DNA of 18,550 nt from Prasinococcaceae sp. CCMP 1430 (lineage: Eukaryota; Plantae; Prasinodermophyta): positions 125,474 to 144,023 of the forward strand of contig RQSC01000004.1 in assembly GCA_013416795.1 (NCBI GenBank), read 5' to 3'. Within the stretch, counting starts at the first letter, position 1. Each line of letters opens with the position of its first letter. The position numbers were made by a program, and so were the translations under genes. This document shows, in pieces, positions 8,413-16,422 of this stretch. The notes below the pieces were generated by a model. The model was not told the DNA's origin. It searched no databases and saw only the letters and a list, made by a program, of their open reading frames with translations.

Positions 8413-11400
8413 ATGGACCACTCAGCTGCCACCAGGGAGACAAACGTCGATGGCCTCGAGAACATGCTTGAATCGTCCAGGCAGCAAGGTGTGACGCGCG
8501 CACGCAAGCTGCACATGCTCGCGCTCAGACACGGACGGGCGCGCGGTTTCGCACGAGCTTGAGCGCGCCAACTCTTTCTCGCATCTCTCTCGCGGGTGCA
8601 CGCGGGCGGGATCGCGCGCGCCGCAGTGGGGACTCCCCGCGCGCATCCGCTGACGCTCGTGAGCGCTCGCCGCTCGGGCTTCCGAAACCAAACCAACCCC
8701 AAACTCACAAACCATGCTCCACCTCCCGACACACGCCGCCATGCGCTCCAAGCTCCGCGCAACGACACCGATGGCTCCCCTCCAAGCGAGGGGCGCAGCG
8801 CGACGTCGACTCAATTGGAGGCGCAGAGGACGTACTCGGCCCCGTCCTTCAGTGTCCACGGCTCGGGGGGGGCAGCGCCGCCAGCGTCGCTCGTGGATCC
8901 TTCGCTCGACAGAACCAAGGAAGTGGGCATACGAAAGGAGCGTCGCGCGAGCACGCTACAGGAGATCGAGGTATGGTCGGCGCGGTGTCAGCCCGTGGGC
9001 GCGTGTTCGTGATCGCGCTCGTGCCTGACGCTTACCTCAAACACCCCCTACATCGTCCCACCACTCCCCTTCTCCGCCCCCTCACAACCTATTCGCGTGC
9101 GCTCGATCAAACTACGTGCAATCTCAGCTGCGTCTGCAAGAGAGCGAGGCGTCGGTCTCTGCCAAAGGCGCGAGCCCGACTCCGTCAGGAGCGCCCGACT
9201 CGGTGCGCCGCTGGCGCAGCAAGGCAGCGATGGTCGGGAAGATCGCCGCGAGCCTTCAGGCGCTCTCGCACAGCGCGATGTCACGGCCCTTGCGGCGAGC
9301 TCCGACGATCAAGGAGGCGATCGACGCCATCCTCGACCGGCACGTGGGGACTACCGCCGTGAGCGCTGGCTCGATGAAAGACATCGCAGCCGCGGGGCGC
9401 ACTGTAGAGCAGGTGAGCTCAAGCCTTTTGCGCATCGACACTCGCACGCTCGAGCGCAGGATGACTCTAGGCCCACTTCAGGAGGCGTCCGCAGCAGAGG
9501 TCCAGGATGAGGCAGGCACCTCGGATGCCAGCGCGCCCCCCGAGAGCCGCGCCAACTGTGCCAAGAGCAAACACATTGCCATGAACACACCGCTGGACGC
9601 GTACAAACATCCCGATGGTCCGAACGCTGTTCTTCACCCGAGCGACGGCAGCAGGCACGTCATCGCGCTCGGGAAGGCGCTAATAGCCTCATTGGGGCGC
9701 ACCCTCGGGGACCCAGCGTTGCCGCTGACGGCCAGGGACAACGCGCGGGAAGCGTTGCGGGTGCACGCGGGCAGGGATGAAGAGGATCTGCGGAAGGTAC
9801 GCCGCAGCTGGCGACGCATGAACGACCCACGCGAGCGCGGGCGTGAGCGTGCTCGGAGCTTGCTGCGCACTCGCCTCGCGGAGCTGCGCTGACGCCCGCC
9901 CGTGACGTCGTCCCTCAATGACACCCTTTGTGCATGCGCGATCATTGTCAACCCGCTCCGACGCCCAACCTACGCGCGCTCAGGCGGAGGGTGTGGAGCC
10001 CGAGGTGTCCTCCGTGGCTCGCTTCCGCGCGGCGGTGTTCCGCTTCTGGGACGCCCCCGAGTCGAGCACCGCAGCGCTGTACGCCAGCATTTTGGTGCTG
10101 ACGCTGATATTGATCAGCACAGTGACTTTCATAATGAGCAGCGTGCCGCGCTATGAAGGCAGCCAAGCGCTCGAGGTCATCGAATGGGTGTGCGTGGTGC
10201 TCTTCACGATCGAGTACTTGTGCAAGCTCACGTGTGCCGAGCACACGTGGCGATTCGTGTGCGGTACGCTCAACCTCGTCGATCTAATCGCCATTGCGCC
10301 CTTCTGGCTGGAACTTGCGCTTGGTGGGGCGCTCGGGGGCACAGCATTCCTGCGAGTGGTGCGTCTGGTGCGCGTCTTCCGCGTTCTCAAGCTGGGTGGC
10401 CGCTTCGAGAAGATGCAAGTGGTAGCCAATGCCATGGCTGAGTCCTTCGATATGTTGGGTATGCTGGCATTCTTGTTGTTGCTCACCATGGTCATCTTCA
10501 GCAGCCTGGTCTACTACGCCGAGTACCGCCTTTCCCCTGACCCAAACTCCGAGTTCCATTCAATTCCGGCGTCTTTTTGGTGGTGCATCGTGACGCTCAT
10601 GACGGTGGGATACGGTGATTCGGTGCCCGTGACCCCCGTGGGGCAGGTGATTGCCGGCGCCACCATGGTGGCCTCCATAATAATCATGGCGCTGCCCATC
10701 TCGGTGATCGGCACAAACTTTACGCAGCAGTGGGTACTCTTCAAGGATCGACAGAGGCTCGCCTCGAGGCAGCGAACAGTGGGGCCGCAGCTCTCGAGGC
10801 TCGTGCGTCTGCTCTCGATGCACAATCTTGTGCTCGACGAGGTCATCGAGATTACGGATGCCAGCTCGTCCTCGTGCGCCGAGCAGCTCACAGACATCAA
10901 AAGAGCGACAGCAAAGGTGCGAGGGCAATGCTCCCACCGTGCCCCGCACACGCGTGTTTTCGCTAATGCATGCGAGCGCGTGCACGTCGAACCGCTGCTC
11001 TGCCGCTAACGCGAGCGCTGCTGGCCTAGGCTCTCGAGATCGCACGCGTGGCTCAGGCGCGCAGTGAGGATCCGGTCGCCGCGATTGGCGCGCGGTTGCA
11101 GAAGGACGTTCGATCCATCGACGGCAGCGCTGGGGTGAGCGAGTCAGGTGACCCAGCATCCAAAGGCAAGGTGATGGCCGCAGCCAAGGATGAGGGACGC
11201 GAAGCCAGAAGTGCGGAGCTGGATGCTGGTGATCCCAGCGGCGGCGCAGGTGCCCAGAGTGCCGACGCCGAAGGCGCTAAACTCGGGGGGGCAGATGTCA
11301 ATGTCGACGCAGCGCGCGCTTTCGCTGGCAATCTGCTCGCACGCCACGCTCTCATCGCGGAGGACTTGCTGCGTGTGGGCGAGCTTTTCGCAATGAATGA

Positions 11401-11870
11401 GCTGCTGCGCTCAGAGGATCTCTCCATGCTGCTGGACAACATGATGGCGAAGTTCAAAAGGCTGAAGTCACTGGCCGAAGAGGGCGTGTGCGTCGACCAT
11501 GACCTCGACACGCTGCTCGGCTATGTCGAGAGGCTGAAGGTACGCCAGGGCGCGTTTGCCCGCCCTGCCCCCCCTCGCCGCCCGCGCGCGCGCCACCACC
11601 TGTCCGCGCACTTGCGCGTGCTCGCACACGGCGTGGTCGCATTCATATGAGCGCCCACGACCCAGTGACTGACGCTTCGTCTGCATTCAGAAAATCCACA
11701 TGCCCGAAAACGTCCCAGGCACGCTCAGAGGAAGGCGATCGACCCTATTGGGCAAGACGTCTGACATGCGGAGGACCAAGTCGGACGTGGGCGCCAGGGG
11801 TTCGGTTGCGCGCACGCCCTCAGAGAGGTCGGAGGCGAGCGCGCAGTCGGCCCCAACGGGGATGGCATAG
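8413..11870 (+). CDS. Voltage-gated K+ channel, animal Kv-like 6TM; inferred exons 8413-8488(?), 8753(?)-8970, 9128-9796, 9984-10916, 11030-11539, 11691-11870
   Basis: S1-S6 lie in exon 9984-10916: S4 FLRVVRLVRVFRVLKLG, pore WWCIVTLMTVGYGD (TVGYGD at 10602-10619), S6 IMALPISVIGTNF. Four frame-preserving GT-AG introns: 8971-9127, 9797-9983, 10917-11029 (branch GCTAAC) and 11540-11690 (branch ACTGAC). Stop TAG at 11868-11870. The first exon (MDHSAATRETNVDGLENMLESSRQQ, donor GT at 8489) and its acceptor are tentative. Confidence 0.88.
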
Positions 11871-12277
11871 AGCGGCAGCGATGCTTGGCTACACTGTGGG
11901 GCTCAGCCCGGCCGCTGGGCGCTCTCCAGCGCGAGCGCAAGCACGCGAACGCACGCGCGCTCCCCCACTCGTGCTCACTGCGGAGCCGTGAATAATGGCT
12001 GCGTTCGTCCCCCGCACAGGATCACAGCAATGGCTGCACCGCCGCTAGGAGGCAGAAGCCCCGACGCAAGTCATAGCAGCGCGAGCGCGCACGACGCGCC
12101 AGCTCGTGCCTCGCGTGTACAATTGCCTCTGTCGCAGGCCTGGAAGCTTTCACGAGGCACAAAGCAGCGCGAGTGCGCCGATCGAGCTCGGGGACTACTC
12201 AACACCTCAAAAGTGGGTGGCGGTGGTGCTGCGGGCGCGCGCGCGCGCGGACGCGCACTCTCGCCCCGTCCCGCGCT

Positions 12278-13148
12278 TCACTTTCGGGCCGCGCCACCGC
12301 TGGCACCGCCGACGCGCCCTTGCGCCGCGAGCAGACGGCGCGTGCAATCATTGCGCGTGCCGGCCTCCTTCAGCTCGCGCTCCTTGCACAGTGCCTTGAG
12401 CTGCGTGAGCGTTTTGCTCTTCAGAGTTGCCTCCGTGAGCACTGTGGGAGCGGCGCCGCCCGCCGCCGCGGCGCCCGCACTAGCAGGCCATGTGTGCACA
12501 CGCGCGCACATGATGCATCCGCGGCACCTTGTCAGCGCAACAGCGCGCCGAACGCGCGCGGACGCGCACCCGGCTCTCGTCCGTCCGCCGCGCGTGCGCC
12601 AGCTCCCGAGCGAGCGAGCGAGCGAGCGAGCGAGCGAGCCTACTGACAGACTGCGCTCGGAGCGGCTTCGCGCTCACTCACCGGCCTTTGCCCCTGTCGG
12701 CGGCCCGCTCGGCGGTCGTTGCGAGGCGCTTTGCGGGCTTCTGTCCCTCACCAGCGCTGGCGCTGCCGCCGCCGCTCGCACCCCCGCCCGCTGGCTGCTT
12801 GCCCTTCGCTGCGGTCTTGACACCTGCCGCGCGCGCGCGGGCGCTGGCGCTGCCGCCGGCACCGCTGCCGCCACTGTTATCCGCGCTCGCATGCTCGGCC
12901 CCCACCGCTGCCGCCGCGGCGCCACCTGCTCCGGCTGCCGCCTGCGCGGCCGCCCTGTCGGCGGCGCGCCTCTCCTCGCGCTCGCGCGCGCTCGCCGTGC
13001 GCTTCATCGTGAGCGTGCGGATGAGTATGTTGGTCGGGTCGGTGCGAATGGTCTGGCCGGGTGGCGGAGCCGTGTCATGGTCACACACGTAGAGCGCAGG
13101 GGCGCCCTGCACGCGGACGAGCGAGAGCGGGGGCGCGCGAGCGTGCAT
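12278..13148 (-). CDS. DDA1: DDA1-like (DET1/DDB1-associated) protein with C-terminal SAP domain; exons 13106(or ATG 13148)-12682 and 12479-12278; 5' end unresolved
   Basis: LYVCDHDTAPPPGQTIRTDPTNILIRTL matches the DDA1 core as I recall it from plant proteins. Intron 12681-12480 (GTGAGT, branch GCTGAC, TAG acceptor, phase 2 at both ends) joins to LKSKTLTQLKALCKERELKEAGTRNDCTRRL, a SAP-type helix-loop-helix. Stop TGA at 12278-12280. Confidence 0.75.
12607..12638. repeat. (CGAG)8 tetranucleotide microsatellite, intronic
   Basis: Eight perfect CGAG units inside the DDA1-like intron. Confidence 0.95.
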
Positions 13149-14199
13149 GATTTTGTACGTGGGCGGGTGGTCGCCGCGCGGAGGGGGTGCGCGGCGCGGC
13201 AGCGGGCGGTCGAGCGGCCGTGGCGCCGCGTCAAATCGCGGCCGCAGCCAGCGACGCAGGCGCGGCGCATGTCAGCTCCAGGTCCGGGCGATGTCCCGGG
13301 GCGGGGAAGGGCTTGCGCTGCTGACAAGACGTCCTCCCTCCCTCCCTCGCCTCCCCCCACACCCTCTCCCGGGGCAGCCTTGCGCGCGTCTCGCGCGGCC
13401 TCGTCGCCGCGCGGCGCCGCGCGGCACGCCCACTCACGCATCCCGCCGTGCGCCGTGTGGTCCCCCGCCGGCGCTGCGAGCGGCGCCGCGTCGGCCGGCG
13501 GAGCGGAGCGGTGCGCGCTCGTGCGCGCGCAAAAAAAAAAACTCGAAAGAAAGCGGCGGGAGACAGAGAAACAGGAGGGAAAGGGGGGAGAGAGAGTTTT
13601 CGGCGCCCCGTTCGAAAACGCAAAAACTCAAACGCAAACACCCACCGAGCTGAGCAGATGACCGGGTCTCGGTCGGGGTATTGATTGAGCTCTCCTGCCT
13701 GTGTCGACGGAGCAAGAGGGGTCGCGAGGCGTGGCGAACCCGACCTCGATCACCCAACCAACAAAAAGTTGAACCGAAGCGACCCGAGCTCGAATGAACA
13801 CCCGACGAGGGCCCGCCCCCCGGCACTGGCTGGCTGGCTGGCCTGCCTGGCTGGTGCATCTTCCGGCCGCTCTGACTGACTCACGGTGGGGTCCCGTGGG
13901 AACGGACTGGCTGACTGACGATTGAATTGATCGATGGCGCGCCTGCCTGACCGACAGCCCCGACCGACGCCAGCCTCTGCTGATGAGGAGCCCCTGATGA
14001 TTGTTTGGCCCTCCGACGACGAGGCGCGCCGCTCCGCCGGCGGAAGCGCATGACCGCACCCCACCGCTGACCCAATATTCGGGAAAAGGGGGAGAACTGG
14101 CTGAGCCGAGCTGATGAGCGGAGCTGACTGGATGGAGCTGCAGCTGCAGCTGGAGCTGTTGCCGAGGCGCCGGGTGCACCGATGGGGGCAAGCGCCCAT

Positions 14200-14243
14200 T
14201 TTGGCTTTGGCTTTGGCTTTGTTGGCTTTGGCTTTGGCTTTGG
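14200..14243. repeat. (TTTGGC)n hexanucleotide repeat, about 7 units with one variant
   Basis: TTTGGC TTTGGC TTTGGC TTTGTTGGC TTTGGC TTTGGC TTTGG read directly from the sequence. Confidence 0.9.
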
Positions 14244-14414
14244 GCGCGCGCGCGTGGGTGGGTGGGTGCGGTGGTGGCGGTGTGGGGGTGGTGTAGCGCT
14301 GAGCATGCTCGACTTGCTGGCCGGGTACTGGAGAGCCAAGTGGCTCGACGATGATAATGAAATAATAATTAATTGGTACACAGTAGTACTACAGTAGTCG
14401 CGATCGTCGCTCGA

Positions 14415-14892
14415 CTAGTAGGTGGTGCGCGTGCCCTCCATGAACTCGGGCAGGCGCGCCACGTCCACGTTGCCGCCGCACAGGATGACCCCCACGCGCC
14501 TGCACCCCGCCAGCCGCGGGCAGGAGCCCCAGCCGCGCGCCATCACGGCCGCCAGCCCCACCGCGCCCGACGGCTCCACGGCGACCTTGAGCTGCTCGTA
14601 CACCGCGCGCATCGCCTGGCGGATCTCCTGCTCGGTGACGGTGACCACCTCGTCCACGAGGTCGCGCACGACGGGCCACGTCTGGTCGCCGAGGCGCGCC
14701 TGCGATCGATTTTTGTGTTTGGGGGGTCAGCCAGCCTGACGGCTCTCTCTTTTGCCGAGGGCGAGGGGCGCAGCAGAGCGGGCGTGGCGCCGTCGCGCGC
14801 GCACCTGCAGGCCGTCGGCGATGGTCTGCGTCTTGTCGAGGTTTGTCAAGAGTTCGTTGGCGGCCTTGCACGCGTGCACGTCCGCGACGCCG
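14415..14892 (-). CDS. SRR: Serine racemase (PLP fold type II), plant type, 3' portion only; exons 14892-14805 and 14699-14415
   Basis: The spliced sequence reads GVADVHACKAANELLTNLDKTQTIADGLQ|ARLGDQTWPVVRDLVDEVVTV..LKVAVEPSGAVGLAAV..VGVILCGGNVD. Intron 14804-14700 has CAG|GTGCGC, branch GCTGAC and a CAG acceptor. TIADGL, EPSGA and GGNVD are family motifs, and TWPVVRDLVD is like the plant enzyme. The N-terminal part with the PLP lysine is missing beyond the N at 14893. Confidence 0.8.
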
Positions 14893-14893
14893 N
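14893..14893. other. Single-N assembly junction of unknown true length
   Basis: Unrelated coding sequences in different frames meet exactly at the N. Confidence 0.8.
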
Positions 14894-15113
14894 CCGTAGT
14901 CCTGGCCGCCGCCGTAGCCACCGCCGCCGTAGCCATCACCGCCCTGGGGCGGTGCAGCACCGGCGCCCTCGGGGCGCGGCGTCTGGCAGCGGAAGCAGTT
15001 GCTCTTGGACGCGAACACGTTGGCGCCGCAGCTCGGGCACGTCCAGTCGCCGGGGCGAACGTTGCCGCGGCCGCCGCCGAAGCCGCCGCCGGCCGGGCCC
15101 TCGCCAGCGCGCC
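14894..15113 (-). CDS. Gly-rich RanBP2-type zinc-finger (putative RNA-binding) protein, fragment
   Basis: GGGFGGGRGNVRPGDWTCPSCGANVFASKSNCFRCQTPRP followed by GGDGYGGGGYGGGQDY. W-x-C-x2-C-x10-C-x2-C spans about 14986-15045. The 3' end is lost at the N and the 5' exon structure is unresolved. Confidence 0.8.
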
Positions 15114-15368
15114 TCCGTTTGGGGTGGTTATTTAGGGTAAGAAACTGGTAAATAGGGTCCACAAACGTTTTCCATCCCCATCACATCATTATGCATCAGC
15201 GCAGCTCCAGCTCACGCGACGCGTCGTGGAACCATAGAACCGGAGTGCGGAGTGTGGAACCCGGTTCACGGCCGCGCACTCGCTTAATGATAGGGATTGT
15301 CGTGCGGAGTGCGCGGTCGGATTCCGCGTCGTTTGGCGGTCTGCGAGTGGGGGTTCCGCGGGCGCGGC

Positions 15369-15425
15369 GGCTGCGCCGGCCTGCGCGGCGGCTGCGCGGC
15401 TGGCTGCGCGGCTGCGCGGCTGCGC
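15369..15425. repeat. Degenerate (GGCTGCGC)n repeat, about 6 units
   Basis: Read directly; units are separated by 0-4 nt variants. Confidence 0.75.
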
Positions 15426-15843
15426 GACGACTCAGGAACAGAGAGCGCGCGCGCTGCTTTGACTGCTCCTGACGCCCTGTGCGCGCTTCGTGCTCGGCTT
15501 CTGACGAAAACGCGCTCGCGCGCAGGAGTGCAGCAGCAGGGCGGTAGCAGCAGGCACGGCGGAAGCAGGGGGGTAAACACACACGCTGCGGGCGGCTCGG
15601 GCGCAGCCAAGGTCGGGGATGCGGCACCAATGCAATGAGAAGGAGGTGCGCGCGTGGCCGGCGTGTAGGCGCTCGCACGACCGCGGGCGCGAGGAGGCTG
15701 CGCGCGCCTACGGCCGCACGCGTTCGACTCCTGCTCCCGCCCAGGGTCCCACACCGTGTGCGCCCTGCGTATCTTAAGAATACCTCAGGACACGACACGA
15801 CAGCAGCGCGCGACCGACACCGAGGCCAGCGCGACCAGGCAAT

Positions 15844-15859
15844 GCGCGCGCGCGCGCGC
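15844..15859. repeat. (GC)8 alternating tract (Z-DNA-prone)
   Basis: 16-nt perfect GC alternation; a (GC)7 tract also occurs at 12235-12248. Confidence 0.85.
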
Positions 15860-16422
15860 TGGCGTGCGCCACTGCGAAATGGCGTGTTGTTACAGACTCG
15901 CGCGCTACGCGCGGATGTGCTTGGTGCGAAGGAAATGGCGTGCCGTAGTCGCGGCGTCGCGGCCGCGCACGCACTGCCGTGCGTGTAGACGCGGGCGCAC
16001 CGCGGTACAGACGTGCTCCGTGATCGTCACCAATACTTGGACAAGGGTACAGGCAGCATGTGCGAGGTGCCCCACTCACCAGAATCCGATGGGGGTACCG
16101 CTGCTGTGTAGAGTACTAGAGCTACAAGCAAACAACGAAGAGACAGAGAGAAAGAGAAGGGGCCAGCCCTCCTGAGTGGTCAGCGAGCCAGTGCTGCACC
16201 GGGGAACCGTGGGGAAGTCCCGACCGAGGGTACTTGGCCGCTGAAATGCTTGGGCGCCGACGGATCGGTGGTGCGGCGGCGGCCGCATGATATGGTACAA
16301 CAATTGCCTTTGGTACAGACAACATCTGGTACAAACATGTGTTGATGAGGAGGTAGATGGAGAAGAAAGGGCATGCACAGGATGGCGGCACCCCCCTCAC
16401 ACATGATGAGCTGCGGCGCAGC

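Noticed and set aside
8865-8872. G8 homopolymer as a possible frameshift linking ATG 8714/8741/8771 to the Kv frame
   Set aside because: The Kv frame upstream of the run already looks coding, and an upstream exon at 8413-8488 can supply the start by splicing, so no indel is needed.
13881-14381. 166-codon minus-strand ORF with PKPKPK repeat
   Set aside because: It begins in the SRR 3' AT-rich patch and its repeat derives from a microsatellite; no domain or codon-bias support. It could still include a UTR exon.
8971-14804. Introns as possible introner elements (two start AAG|GTACGCC)
   Set aside because: Beyond the first 7 nt the introns share no visible similarity, and their lengths differ (105-202 nt).
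15131-15140. TTTAGGG telomere-like word
   Set aside because: Single copy that does not match the full AAACCCTA telo-box; not an interstitial telomeric array.
14415-15162. Apparent RanBP2 zinc finger-serine racemase fusion (ORF track 14389..15162)
   Set aside because: The two parts are in different frames, meet exactly at a single N (14893), and the racemase lacks its whole PLP-binding N-terminal half. An assembly junction with missing sequence is the simplest explanation.
15655-15745. B-box/T-loop-like GTTCGACTCC (about 15722-15731) next to a GTAGGCGC/GCGCCTAC hairpin, suggesting a tRNA or SINE
   Set aside because: The T-stem does not pair (ACGCG vs CCTGC), and no acceptor stem, D-arm or A-box is found. 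GC-rich hairpins arise easily by chance.
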